Shown: positions 45,667 to 55,554, counted from the stretch's first letter. The stretch is 64,000 bases of DNA from Anaerolinea sp. (GCA_013822395.1 PNKK01000010.1:4470-68469); one strand, 5' to 3'. Made by a program: numbers and translations. The notes: generated from the sequence alone by a model not told the origin.

Positions 45667-46439
45667 CATGGCGGCGAATCCGGCCGCCGTGGGCCCTTCC
45701 GCTCGGCCTGCTCATGCTGACGCTGATCGCTGCCGGGTGCGGCGGACAGGGCGCGCCCGAGGTGAGCGTCCGTGTCGGGGACGGGGAGGCCACCACGGGC
45801 GGGGGACAGTTCGCCCTCTCGCTCCAGCTGCTCATCGGGCTGACCGTCCTGTCGGTCGCGCCGGCCATCATCCTGCTGGCCACGAGCTTCACCCGAATCA
45901 TCATCGTCCTGTCGCTGCTTCGAAGCGCCGTCGGCATCCCGCAGCTGCCCCCGAACCAGGTCCTGCTCGGGCTTGCCCTGTTCCTGACCCTGTTCGTCAT
46001 GGCTCCGGTCTGGAGCAGGGTCAATGCCGACGCCGTGCAGCCGTACCTGAACGGAGCGATCACCCAGGAGGTCGCCATCGAGCGGGGCATCGAGCCCCTG
46101 CGGCGATTCATGCTGGCCCAGACGAAAGAGCGTGAGCTCGGCGTCTTCCTGGAGCTGGCCGACTCGCCCCGACCGGCGAGCGCCGCCGAGATTCCCACCG
46201 AAGTCCTGCTGCCCGCCTTCGTCGTGAGCGAGCTCAAGACCGCCTTCACGATGGGCTTCCTGCTGTACATCCCATTCCTCGTGATCGACCTCGTCGTGGC
46301 CGCCGCGTTGATGGCGATGGGCATGATCCTGGTCTCGCCGGTCCAGATCGCCCTGCCCTTCAAGCTCCTCCTGTTCGTCCTCATCGACGGCTGGGTCCTC
46401 GTGGTCCAGTCGCTCGTGCGCAGCTTCGCGGTGGTCTGA
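45663..46439 (+). CDS. fliP: Flagellar export gate FliP
   Basis: TSFTRIIIVLSLLR, QLPPNQVL, PAFVVSELKTAF, LPFKLLLFVLIDGW. Confidence 0.97.
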   Translation: MTWRRIRPPWALPLGLLMLTLIAAGCGGQGAPEVSVRVGDGEATTGGGQFALSLQLLIGLTVLSVAPAIILLATSFTRIIIVLSLLRSAVGIPQLPPNQVLLGLALFLTLFVMAPVWSRVNADAVQPYLNGAITQEVAIERGIEPLRRFMLAQTKERELGVFLELADSPRPASAAEIPTEVLLPAFVVSELKTAFTMGFLLYIPFLVIDLVVAAALMAMGMILVSPVQIALPFKLLLFVLIDGWVLVVQSLVRSFAVV

Positions 46440-46442
46440 CCG

Positions 46443-46712
46443 ATGTCCGCCTCGGAAGTCTCGGTCGTGATGCAGCAGGCCCTCGTCGCCGTCCTCGTCG
46501 TCGGCGGACCGATCCTCATCTCCACCCTGCTCGTCGGTCTCGCGATCTCCGTCCTCCAGGCGGCGACCCAGATCAACGAAGCGACCCTGACCTTTGTTCC
46601 GAAGCTGCTTGTGGTCGCCGCCACCCTCATGGTCCTGGGTCCGGACATGCTGGAGCGGCTGATTGCCCTCTCCCGGCTGGTCTTCCAGACCGCCTCCCAG
46701 GTGGCACGATGA
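46443..46712 (+). CDS. fliQ: Flagellar export gate FliQ
   Basis: VGLAISVLQAATQINEATLTFVPKL. Confidence 0.97.
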   Translation: MSASEVSVVMQQALVAVLVVGGPILISTLLVGLAISVLQAATQINEATLTFVPKLLVVAATLMVLGPDMLERLIALSRLVFQTASQVAR

Positions 46713-47470
46713 CGACCGCTCCGCTGATCGTCCTGACGGGCGGCCAGGTGACCGCCTTTCTCCTCGTGCTGCTCCGCTGCACCGGCTTCGTCGTCACGGC
46801 GCCACTGCTCGGGCATCGGGCGCTGCCACGGACGGTCAAGGCCGCCCTGGCGGTCGGCTTCAGCGCGTTGCTGCTCCCGCGCGCGACGGTGGCTCCCGGT
46901 GCAGACGCCGTCGCCCTGGCGGCGCCGATCGAGCTGCTCCTCGGCCTCAGCCTCGGCTTCCTGCTGTCGCTCGGCTTCCATGCGATCGAGCTGGCCGGCC
47001 GGCTCCTCGCGCTCCAGCTCGGGCTGTCGCTGGAGGCGGTCCTGAACCCGCTGAACCAGGATCCCTCGACGGCCCTCGATCCGTTCTTCGGCGTCCTGGC
47101 GGGGCTCCTCTTCCTCGCGCTCGGCCTGCATGTGGAGACCGTCAGGATCCTGGCCGGATCATTCGCGGCGTTCCCGATCGGCGGGGGCTGGCCGGCGGAC
47201 CTCGGCCTCGTGGCCGGCCAGCTCATCCTGCTCGCGCTGGAGCTGGGCACTCGTGTCGCCCTGCCCCTGGCATTGGTGCTCCTGCTGGTCGAGCTCGTGG
47301 TGGGCCTCATCGGACGCGCCATCCCCCAGGTCAACGTGTTCATCCTGGGCCTCTCCGCGAAGCTCATGATCGGGACGGCGGCCCTCGCCCTTGCGATCCC
47401 GACGCTGGTCGCCGGCGCCGCCCGGATCCTCGACGGATTGTTCCGCGCCGTGGCGAGACTCGCGAGCTGA
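46709..47470 (+). CDS. fliR: Flagellar export gate FliR
   Basis: AIELAGRLLALQLGL, GLIGRAIPQVNVFILG. Confidence 0.93.
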   Translation: MTTAPLIVLTGGQVTAFLLVLLRCTGFVVTAPLLGHRALPRTVKAALAVGFSALLLPRATVAPGADAVALAAPIELLLGLSLGFLLSLGFHAIELAGRLLALQLGLSLEAVLNPLNQDPSTALDPFFGVLAGLLFLALGLHVETVRILAGSFAAFPIGGGWPADLGLVAGQLILLALELGTRVALPLALVLLLVELVVGLIGRAIPQVNVFILGLSAKLMIGTAALALAIPTLVAGAARILDGLFRAVARLAS

Positions 47471-47474
47471 TGCC

Positions 47475-48554
47475 ATGACCGACCAGCGAACCGAGGAGCC
47501 CACGCCACGCCGGCGCGACGAGGCGCGTCGGATGGGCGAGGGTGTCGGCCGGAGCCAGGAGCTGACCATGGCCGCCACCCTCGCGATGGCCGCGCTGGCA
47601 CTGCCCGCGCTGCTGCCGGCGATGGTGGGCACGCTGGCGACGCTGCTGCGGACGGCGATCGTGGAGATGGGCGACGGGCGGCTCCCGGACGGGCGGCTCC
47701 TTGACCGCGCTGGCCAGGGCTTCGGCCAGGGCGTCGCGATCGTCCTCCCCCTGGCGGTCGCCATCGCCCTGGCCGCGATCCTCGCGAATCTCGCCGCGGG
47801 CGGGTTCGTCCTGTCGAGTGCCGCCGTCCGGTTCAACTCGAGTCGCCTGAACCCCATCGCGGGACTGCGCCGGATCATGGATCGGCAGGCCCTCATGCGC
47901 CTTGGGCTGGCCGTGGCCAAGCTGGTCCTGCTGCTGCTGATCGGCTGGGTCACCCTGAGCGACAGCGCGCCACGCGTGCTGGTCCTGGGCGGGGCTGAGG
48001 CATCGGAGACGCTCCGGGTAGCCCTGGCGGCCATCGGCAACCTCAGCTTCGCCATCGTGATCTTCATGGGTGTCGTGGCGCTGGCGGACTTCGTCGTGCA
48101 GCGGCGCCGTGCCCAGGGCCAGCTGCGGATGACCAGAGATGCGGTCCGTCGCGAGACTCGGGAGAGCGAAGGCGACCCCAGCCTCCGTGTCCTTCGCCGG
48201 CGCCGCGCCCGAGAGCTGGCCTTCTCGCGGATGATGGCCGCCGTCGAGACGGCCGATGTCGTCGTCGTGAACCCCATCCATCTTGCCGTCGCCCTCAAGT
48301 ACGACTCCCTGACGATGCGGGCGCCGCGGATCGTGGCCAAGGGCCAGCACCTGATGGCCGGCCGGATCCGCGAGGTCGCCCTCCGTCATCGGGTGCCGAT
48401 CGTGCAGGACGTGCCGCTCGCCCGAGCGCTGTACGGACGTCCGCTCGGCGCCGAGGTGCCGCCGCAGCTCTACCGGGCGGTCGCCCGGATCCTCATCGTC
48501 GTTCACACTGCCCGGTTCGGGCGCCGCGTGGCGGCCGCGAGGGCCGGCCGATGA
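47475..48554 (+). CDS. flhB: Flagellar export switch protein FlhB
   Basis: RTEEPTPRR, RLNPIAGL, EGDP, VVNPIHLAVALKY, PLARALY. Confidence 0.95.
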   Translation: MTDQRTEEPTPRRRDEARRMGEGVGRSQELTMAATLAMAALALPALLPAMVGTLATLLRTAIVEMGDGRLPDGRLLDRAGQGFGQGVAIVLPLAVAIALAAILANLAAGGFVLSSAAVRFNSSRLNPIAGLRRIMDRQALMRLGLAVAKLVLLLLIGWVTLSDSAPRVLVLGGAEASETLRVALAAIGNLSFAIVIFMGVVALADFVVQRRRAQGQLRMTRDAVRRETRESEGDPSLRVLRRRRARELAFSRMMAAVETADVVVVNPIHLAVALKYDSLTMRAPRIVAKGQHLMAGRIREVALRHRVPIVQDVPLARALYGRPLGAEVPPQLYRAVARILIVVHTARFGRRVAAARAGR

Positions 48555-50623
48555 TGAACCCGGCCCGGCGGCCCGCCGCCCGTACGACGGGCGTTGTGTC
48601 GCGCAGCGACATGCTCCTCGCCGGAGCCGTCGTGGGCGTGATCGCGATGATGATCATCCCGCTGCCGGCGGACCTGCTCGATGTTCTGATCATCCTCAAC
48701 ATCACCCTGTCGCTGACCGTGCTCCTGGTCAGCCTCAACGTGCGCGAGCCGCTCGAGTTCGGGGCATTCCCGCCGCTCCTCCTCCTGGCCACCCTGTTCC
48801 GCCTCGGGCTCAACGTGTCCGCGGCTCGCCTCATCCTGCTCGAAGCCGACGCCGGCGACGTCATCAATGCATTCGGGAATGTCGTCGTCGGCGGCAACAC
48901 GGTCGTCGGCGTGGTCGTCTTCCTGATCCTCGTGATCATCCAGTTCGTGGTCATCACGAACGGTGCCGGACGGGTCAGCGAAGTGTCCGCCCGGTTCACC
49001 CTCGACGCGATGCCCGGCAAGCAGATGAGCATCGACGCCGACCTGAATGCGGGCCTCATCACCGCCGAGGAGGCGCGGTCCCGGCGACGCGCGATCGAGC
49101 GCGAGGCGGACTTCTACGGCGCCATGGACGGCGCCAGCAAGTTCGTCAAGGGCGACGCGATCGCGGCCATCGTCATCATCATCGTCAACATCGTCGGCGG
49201 CCTGACGATCGGGATCGTGCAGTTGGGGTTCGAGGTGGGGGACGCGATCACGACGTACACGGTGCTGACCGTGGGCGAGGGGCTGGTCAGCCAGATCGGT
49301 GCCCTGCTGATGTCGGTGGCGACCGGCATCCTCGTGACCCGCGGCAGCTCGGACGATGGGTTGGGGTCTGATCTGGCGGGCTCGCTTCTCGCCTGGCCAA
49401 GGCTGTTCACGATCAGCGGCGGGATCATCGCCCTCATCGGGCTCGTGCCGGGGTTCCCGATCATCGTGATGCTGGCCTCCGGCGCTTCCGTGGCGGGCCT
49501 CGGTGTCGTTCTGTCGAGACGACGGCGCCCAGCCCCCATCGTGGAGCCGCCGGCAACGCCGCTGCTCAGCGGACCGGTCGAGGTACCGACCGACGGCTTG
49601 CACCTCGAGACCCTGGAGCTCGAGCTGGGCTACGGGCTCGTCGGGCTGGTCGATGCCTCGGACAGCTCCGGCGGCGGTCTCGTGGAACGGGTCGGCCTGG
49701 TCCGCCGGCAGATCGCGGCCGAGCTGGGCTTGATCGTCCCGACGGTGCGGATCCGCGACGACCTCGCGTTGGAGCCGGACGCCTACGTGATCCGCCTGCG
49801 CGGCGCCGAGATCGCCCGAGGTCGCATCGATCCCGCCCGCCTGCTCGCCATGCCGCCAGGCGGGGGCGAGGTGGCCGTCGACGGCATTCCGGCGACGGAG
49901 CCGGTGTTCGGCCTGCCGGCCGCCTGGATCGGCTACGCCGACCGCGAGCGGGCAGACTCGCTCGGCTACACCGTGGTGGACCCGGCATCCGTCCTGGCCA
50001 CACACCTGGCCGAGACGATCCGGCGGCATGCCTACGAGATCCTGGGTCGCCACGAGACGAACCAGATGCTCGAGCGGCTCAAGGAGAGCCAGCCGAGCCT
50101 CGTCGAGGAGCTGATCCCGGCCGTCGTCAGCGTCGGCGACGTTCAGAAGGTCTTCCAGGGTCTCCTGGAGGAACGTATCTCGATCCGCGACCTGGCCACG
50201 ATCTGCGAGGCGATCGGCGACGCGGGACGCACCATCAAGGAACCCCTGCTCCTGACCGAGGCCGCCCGGCATGCGCTCGCACGCTCGATCTCGATGCGTC
50301 ACCGATCGGCCGACGGGACTCTTCACGCGATCGCGCTGGCCCCTCACCTGGACACCCGGCTCGGCGGTTCGCTCCTGATCCAACCCGGGTATATCGGGCT
50401 CGACCAGAACGCGGACGGCACACGCTCGCTGCTCGGTGCGATCGAACGCGAGGTGGCCGGCCTGACCGCCCTCGGGCACCAACCTGTGCTGCTCTGCACG
50501 AGCCGCATCCGGCGAGCCGTGCGCGGTCTCACCCAACGTCGACTGCCTCAGCTCAGCGTGCTCGCGTACGAGGAGATCGTGCCCAGCGTCCCGGTCAACA
50601 TCCACGCCCAGGTCGAGGCCTGA
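48551..50623 (+). CDS. flhA: Flagellar export apparatus FlhA
   Basis: EVSARFTLDAMPGKQMSIDADL, DFYGAMDGASKFVKGDA, EPVFGLPA, LLEERISIRDL. Confidence 0.98.
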   Translation: MMNPARRPAARTTGVVSRSDMLLAGAVVGVIAMMIIPLPADLLDVLIILNITLSLTVLLVSLNVREPLEFGAFPPLLLLATLFRLGLNVSAARLILLEADAGDVINAFGNVVVGGNTVVGVVVFLILVIIQFVVITNGAGRVSEVSARFTLDAMPGKQMSIDADLNAGLITAEEARSRRRAIEREADFYGAMDGASKFVKGDAIAAIVIIIVNIVGGLTIGIVQLGFEVGDAITTYTVLTVGEGLVSQIGALLMSVATGILVTRGSSDDGLGSDLAGSLLAWPRLFTISGGIIALIGLVPGFPIIVMLASGASVAGLGVVLSRRRRPAPIVEPPATPLLSGPVEVPTDGLHLETLELELGYGLVGLVDASDSSGGGLVERVGLVRRQIAAELGLIVPTVRIRDDLALEPDAYVIRLRGAEIARGRIDPARLLAMPPGGGEVAVDGIPATEPVFGLPAAWIGYADRERADSLGYTVVDPASVLATHLAETIRRHAYEILGRHETNQMLERLKESQPSLVEELIPAVVSVGDVQKVFQGLLEERISIRDLATICEAIGDAGRTIKEPLLLTEAARHALARSISMRHRSADGTLHAIALAPHLDTRLGGSLLIQPGYIGLDQNADGTRSLLGAIEREVAGLTALGHQPVLLCTSRIRRAVRGLTQRRLPQLSVLAYEEIVPSVPVNIHAQVEA

Positions 50624-50626
50624 TCG

Positions 50627-50860
50627 ATGGAGCTGCTCGTCGCCGTCTGGGCCGTCCGGCTCGCCGCGCTGGCAGCGCTGGCGGTCGGCGCGATCTCCGT
50701 GTCCGTCGGAGCGCCGCCGCTCGAGGCGGTCCTGCGCGCCGCCGCCGCCGCCTTCGCCTTCACCCTCGGCGGCCGCGTGCTCCTCGCACGCCTCGAGACA
50801 CCCGAGCAGCGGTTGCGACGACTCCTGACCCGACGGGCGCAGAAGGACGGTGGGTCGTGA
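50627..50860 (+). CDS. Small hypothetical membrane protein (two hydrophobic helices, basic tail)
   Basis: Fills the flhA-fliA gap; its stop overlaps the fliA GTG. Confidence 0.65.
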   Translation: MELLVAVWAVRLAALAALAVGAISVSVGAPPLEAVLRAAAAAFAFTLGGRVLLARLETPEQRLRRLLTRRAQKDGGS

Positions 50861-51726
50861 CCGCGATGCCGGAGAACGTCCCGATCCCCTCACCCACGGC
50901 GCCCGTCTCGGACCGGAGCGGCGTGCCGGCGAGGCCGGCGTGGGTCGGTCGGGATGACCCTCGGGAGTCGGTGGGGACCGCCCCGGCGGGACCGCCCCGG
51001 GACGAGCTGGTGGCACGCTACGCCCATCTCGTGAAGTACGTCGTGGGCCGGCTCGGCGTAGCTGTCGGCGGCGTATCCGACCACGAGGATGCGATGCAGG
51101 TCGGGACCATCGGCCTGCTCAAGGCGATCGACGGCTACGACGCGCGCCACGCGGCATCCTTCGAGTCATACGCCATCACCCGGATCCGGGGGACGATCCT
51201 CGATTCGATCCGCAGCCTCGACACCGTCGGCCGGACCGGGCGGGAGGCCGGTCGGGCCATCCAGGCGGCGATCGGCGAGCTGACCGGCCAACTCGGTCGG
51301 ATGCCCGACGAAGCGGAGGTCGCCGAACGGCTCGGGGTGAGCGTGGCCCGCTATCGTGAGCAGCTGCAGGTGGCGAGCCTGGTCATCCTGTCGCTCAACG
51401 AGCTCCGTCTCCATGACGATGACGAGGGCGTCGGGCTGGAGGACCTGACCGCGGACTCGCTCGCCGTGGACCCGGAGGCCGCCGCGGTTCAGAACGACCT
51501 CGTGGCATCGCTGGGGAAGGAGATCCGGCGGCTCGACGAGCGTCAGCAGCTCATCCTCTCGCTCTACTACCGGGACGGGTTGACCTTCCGCGAGATCGGC
51601 GAGGTCCTGCGGATCACCGAATCGCGCGTCTGCCAGATCCACGCTGAGCTGGTGCTGGCGCTGCGCGCCCGCCTCGCCGAACCGGACGTCGCGCAGCGTC
51701 TCAACCGTCGAAGGAGCCGTCGATGA
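50857..51726 (+). CDS. fliA: RNA polymerase sigma28 factor (FliA/WhiG)
   Basis: YAHLVKYVV, GTIGLLKAIDGYD, FESYAITRIRGTILDSIR, LTFREIGEVLRITESRVCQIH. Confidence 0.96.
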   Translation: MTAMPENVPIPSPTAPVSDRSGVPARPAWVGRDDPRESVGTAPAGPPRDELVARYAHLVKYVVGRLGVAVGGVSDHEDAMQVGTIGLLKAIDGYDARHAASFESYAITRIRGTILDSIRSLDTVGRTGREAGRAIQAAIGELTGQLGRMPDEAEVAERLGVSVARYREQLQVASLVILSLNELRLHDDDEGVGLEDLTADSLAVDPEAAAVQNDLVASLGKEIRRLDERQQLILSLYYRDGLTFREIGEVLRITESRVCQIHAELVLALRARLAEPDVAQRLNRRRSRR

Positions 51727-52433
51727 TCAGGGGTCTCTACACTGCCGTCTCGGGCATCCTGGCGTCCACCACGCGCCAGTCGATCGTGGCCGACAACATC
51801 GCCAACCTGAATACCGTGGGCTTCCGCCAGTCGCGCTCGACGACCACCGACTTCGGCCGCGAGGTGGTCCTGTCGGGCGGCGGGCCGATCGGCCGGCTTG
51901 GCACGGCGACCATCGTGACCGGCCTGACCATCGATCGCTCGCAGGGTGTGCTCGAGCAGACCGGCCGCCCGACCGACCTCGCGATCGAGGGAGATGGGCT
52001 GTTCGTCATCGGGACGCCGGCCGGGATCGCGTACACGCGCGCGGGCGACTTCGGGATCGACGCGCAGGGCATCCTCGTGACGGCCCAAGGCTACCCGGTC
52101 CTTGACACGGCGGGCCGGCCCATCGTGACCACGGGCTCGCTCGAGGTGGGGCCGGACGGCACCGTCGCCGGGACCAACCAGCGGATCGCACTCGTGGGCT
52201 GGCCGGCTGCGGAGCCGACCCGCGTCGGCGAGACGCTGATGGTCGCCACCGGATCGCTCGCCCCAGCCGGCGGATCCATCCGCCAGAGCACCCTGGAGCG
52301 GAGCACGACCGACGTGGCGTCCGCGATGACCGAGCTCATCTCGCTCCAGCGCCAGTTCACCCTCTCGGCGCGCGCCCTCACGATCCAGGATGGGACGCTC
52401 GAGGACGCGGTCCAGCTGGGTCGGCTGCGATGA
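51723..52433 (+). CDS. flgF: Flagellar basal-body rod protein (FlgF/FlhO-like)
   Basis: MIRGLYTAVSG, DNIANLNTVGF, DLAIEGDGLF, YTRAGDF, LERSTTDV; 236 aa. FlgF vs FlgG not certain. Confidence 0.78.
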   Translation: MIRGLYTAVSGILASTTRQSIVADNIANLNTVGFRQSRSTTTDFGREVVLSGGGPIGRLGTATIVTGLTIDRSQGVLEQTGRPTDLAIEGDGLFVIGTPAGIAYTRAGDFGIDAQGILVTAQGYPVLDTAGRPIVTTGSLEVGPDGTVAGTNQRIALVGWPAAEPTRVGETLMVATGSLAPAGGSIRQSTLERSTTDVASAMTELISLQRQFTLSARALTIQDGTLEDAVQLGRLR

Positions 52434-52463
52434 CCGCCGGCCGGGTCCGCCGGGAATTGGCCC

Positions 52464-52491
52464 TTCATCCCGCCGGGCCATCGACCGACTC
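52464..52491 (+). promoter_or_regulatory. Possible sigma28 promoter (flgM)
   Basis: TTCAT-N15-ACCGACTC; weaker match. Confidence 0.4.
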
Positions 52492-52515
52492 CTCTCCTGA
52501 CGCAAGGAGGAACGC

Positions 52516-52830
52516 GTGAAGATCGACGACGTCAACCCCACGGCGTCCGGTACCGGCCAGGTCGGCCGCCCGGTCGTGCCCGTGCGCCCGGCCAGATCCG
52601 GCGCCGGGCCGGACCCGGCAATCACCGGGGCCCCCGCCGGCGCGCCGCCGGCGGCCACGGTCGAGCTGTCGATCCGCGTCCTCGAGCTGCATGCGGCGCG
52701 GCGCGCCGTCGAAGAAGCGCCGGACGTTCGGGCGGACGTCGTTGACGATGTCCGCAGCCGCCTGGCGGACGGCCGCTACCGACTGGATGCCGACGTGACC
52801 GCCCGCGGCATCCTGGACCGACGGGCATGA
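52516..52830 (+). CDS. flgM: Anti-sigma28 factor FlgM
   Basis: TVELS, APDVRADVVDDVRSRLADGRYRLD; strong SD AAGGAGG. Confidence 0.9.
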   Translation: MKIDDVNPTASGTGQVGRPVVPVRPARSGAGPDPAITGAPAGAPPAATVELSIRVLELHAARRAVEEAPDVRADVVDDVRSRLADGRYRLDADVTARGILDRRA

Positions 52831-53231
52831 CGGCGCAGCGGGCCACCGATGGGCCGATGCCGGGCGACCTTCAGGCGACCCTGCGGGAGGTTGCCGAGAT
52901 CCTCGACGCGGTCGCGGCCGCCGTCCTCGCTCACGATCGAATCCGCCTGGATTCGGCCAACGCGCGCGCCACGGCGCTCCTCACGACGCTGGCCGCGCAG
53001 ATCACCGAGCTCGATGGCACCGGCGGGCAGGTTCCCGCCGACGGCCGAGTGACCGGGCTCGTCCGCCGCCTTCGCGCCGCAGTCAGGCGCAACTCCATGC
53101 TGATCGAGCGCGCCTGGGCGATGGACGCCGCCACGACGCGGCTGCTGCTCAGCCTGGGCCGAGGACCCGTAGAGTCGCCAGCCGGCGCGTACGCCACGGT
53201 CCCGATCCTCAGCATCGAGCGGAACGCATGA
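52827..53231 (+). CDS. flgN: Flagellar chaperone FlgN-like protein
   Basis: Helical protein between flgM and flgK, with RRNSMLIE and a C-terminal GAY. Confidence 0.75.
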   Translation: MTAQRATDGPMPGDLQATLREVAEILDAVAAAVLAHDRIRLDSANARATALLTTLAAQITELDGTGGQVPADGRVTGLVRRLRAAVRRNSMLIERAWAMDAATTRLLLSLGRGPVESPAGAYATVPILSIERNA

Positions 53232-53232
53232 C

Positions 53233-54642
53233 ATGAGCTCCGCCTGGTTCGGCCTCAACACGGCGCTGCGCGGCCTGGTCGCCAGCCAGGTCATGATGGA
53301 TATCGGTGCGCACAACACGGCCAACGCGAACACGGCCGGCTACTCCAGGCAGCGCGTCACGCTGGTCGCGTCCACCCCGTTCTCCTACCCGGCCTTCAAC
53401 CGGAGCGGGCTGCCGGGCCAGGTCGGGACCGGCGTCTCGATCGCAACGATCGCGCGCGTCCGCGATGCGTTCGTCGACCTGCAGCTGCGTGGACAGATTC
53501 CGCTCGAAGGCGCCTGGACGGCGCGACGCGACGAGCTGTCCAAGGTCGAGGTGATCTTCCCGGAGCCGGACCCGTCCGGTCTGGGCTCGGTCCTCGGCCG
53601 ATTCTGGGACTCCTGGTCAGACCTGTCCGCGGACCCGATGTCGGCGACCGCGCGGGCGGCCGTCGTGGAGGTCGCGGCCACGCTCGCCGGCCGGCTCAAC
53701 GGCACGGCGGCCCAGCTGGCGTCGCTCGCCGACGGCATCGACCTCCAGGTCGGGCAGGATGTCGCCGCGATCAACGATCTGGCGGCCCGGATCGCCTCGC
53801 TCAATTCGCAGATCCAGCGGGTCCGCATCAGCGGTGACCGCCCCAACGACCTGGAGGATCAGCGGGACGCCCTGTTCGATGACCTGGCCGCCATCATCCC
53901 GGCGCGTCTCGAGCCCCAGGCTGACGGAACCGTGACCGTCCTCGTGGGCGGCACGGACCTGGTCAACGGTGGCCGAGCACGATCGCTCACCACGGTCCCC
54001 GATCTCGCCGGCCGCCTGACTCCGGCCTGGCCGGACGGCTCAGCGGTCCCCCTCGGCGAGGCCCGACTCGGCGCGCTCGTCGCCTTCCGCGACGTCCAGC
54101 TGGCGAGCTACCGGGCGAAGCTGGACACGCTGGCCGCGACCGTCGCCGACGCGGTCAACGCCGTCCACGCGACCGGCTTCGACGCCAACGGAACCGCCGG
54201 CGGAGCGGTCTTCACCTATACGGCCGGGGATGCGGCCGCCACGCTTGCCGTCGCCGCGCCGATTGCCGCGGACGCGCGCCGGCTCGCCGCCGCCGGCGCC
54301 ACGGGCCAGCCGGGCAACGGCGCCATTGCCGGCGCCATCGCCGACCTGCGCCTGGCGCGCCTGTTCGGCGGCGGCTCCCAGACGGCGACCGACGCGTACG
54401 CGGGCATGATCGGTCAGATCGGAAGCGACACGCGCCAGGCGATCGAGATGGCCCGTAATCAGGCCCTCGTGACCGACCAGCTGCGCCAGCGCCGCGAGTC
54501 GACGAGCGGTGTCTCCCTGGACGAGGAAGCTGCCGACATGATCCGTTTCCAGCGCTCGTACCAGGCGTCCGCGCGGGTGATCACGGTGATGGATGAGATG
54601 CTCGACACGCTGATCAACCGGACCGGCCTGGTCGGCCTGTAG
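53233..54642 (+). CDS. flgK: Hook-associated protein 1
   Basis: GLNTALRGL, HNTANANTAGYSRQRV, NDLEDQRD, SGVSLDEEAADMIRFQRSYQASARVI. Confidence 0.97.
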   Translation: MSSAWFGLNTALRGLVASQVMMDIGAHNTANANTAGYSRQRVTLVASTPFSYPAFNRSGLPGQVGTGVSIATIARVRDAFVDLQLRGQIPLEGAWTARRDELSKVEVIFPEPDPSGLGSVLGRFWDSWSDLSADPMSATARAAVVEVAATLAGRLNGTAAQLASLADGIDLQVGQDVAAINDLAARIASLNSQIQRVRISGDRPNDLEDQRDALFDDLAAIIPARLEPQADGTVTVLVGGTDLVNGGRARSLTTVPDLAGRLTPAWPDGSAVPLGEARLGALVAFRDVQLASYRAKLDTLAATVADAVNAVHATGFDANGTAGGAVFTYTAGDAAATLAVAAPIAADARRLAAAGATGQPGNGAIAGAIADLRLARLFGGGSQTATDAYAGMIGQIGSDTRQAIEMARNQALVTDQLRQRRESTSGVSLDEEAADMIRFQRSYQASARVITVMDEMLDTLINRTGLVGL

Positions 54643-54655
54643 GAGGGATGCCGGG

Positions 54656-55540
54656 ATGCGGATCACGAACCGGATGCTGCACGATCGGGCGCTCGCCAAT
54701 CTTGGCCGAAACCTGGAGGCGCTCGCCCGGGTGCAGGAACAGGTCTCGACGACGAAGCGACTGCTGCGACCGTCGGACAGTCCCATCGATGTCCGCCTCG
54801 CGGTCAAGGCGAGCGACGCGAAGGCCGAGATCGCGCAGTACCAGCGCAACGTGGCCGCCGCGACCCGCGCGACGTCTGCGGCCGACACCGCCCTGGGATC
54901 GGCCGGGGACCTCGTCCAGCGCGCCCGGGAGCTCGCCATCCAGGCCGCCAACGGGACCCTCTCGGCGCAGGATCGCCAGAGCATCGCGCTCGAGGTGGAG
55001 GAGCTCACGCGCCAGCTGGTCGGCACTGCCGCCGCCAGGATCGGTGACGGGTATCTGTTCAGCGGTTACATGACGGATACCGCGCCGTACGCGCCGCCTC
55101 CGCCCGGCAGCGCTGCCGTCGGCCCGTATCTGGGCGATTCGGGCACGATCCTGATCCGGGTCGGCCCGACGGCCCAGATCGGCGTCAACGTGACGGCCGA
55201 CGCCGTGTTCGGGCCGGCTTTCGCGGCCCTCGGCCAGCTCCATGCCGAGCTGATCGGCGGCGGTCCGGTCAGCGGGGCGACGATCGCCCTGCTCGACGGT
55301 GGCCAGAACGCGCTGCTGACAGGTCGCTCCGTGCTCGGGGCTCGGCAGAACCGGCTGGAGGCCGAAGCCGGCACGCTGGAGGAGCTGACGCTGGCGTCCC
55401 AGCGACTGCTGTCCGAGCTCGTGGACGTCGACCTGACCGAGGCGATCACCGAGCTGGCCCAGCGTGAGGCCGTCTACCAGGCCGCGCTGGAGGTCAACGC
55501 GCGAATCCTCCAGCCGAGCCTGATCGATCGGCTGCGCTGA
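54656..55540 (+). CDS. flgL: Hook-associated protein 3
   Basis: MRITNRM, QEQVSTTKRLLRPSDSP, YLFSG, GARQNRL, YQAALEVNARILQPSLID. Confidence 0.95.
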   Translation: MRITNRMLHDRALANLGRNLEALARVQEQVSTTKRLLRPSDSPIDVRLAVKASDAKAEIAQYQRNVAAATRATSAADTALGSAGDLVQRARELAIQAANGTLSAQDRQSIALEVEELTRQLVGTAAARIGDGYLFSGYMTDTAPYAPPPPGSAAVGPYLGDSGTILIRVGPTAQIGVNVTADAVFGPAFAALGQLHAELIGGGPVSGATIALLDGGQNALLTGRSVLGARQNRLEAEAGTLEELTLASQRLLSELVDVDLTEAITELAQREAVYQAALEVNARILQPSLIDRLR

Positions 55541-55554
55541 AGCGGGAGACTGAC

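Noticed and set aside
26338-50623. Export genes as a virulence injectisome (T3SS)
   Set aside because: Flagellin, hook, stators and fliO are present and there is no secretin; the system is flagellar.
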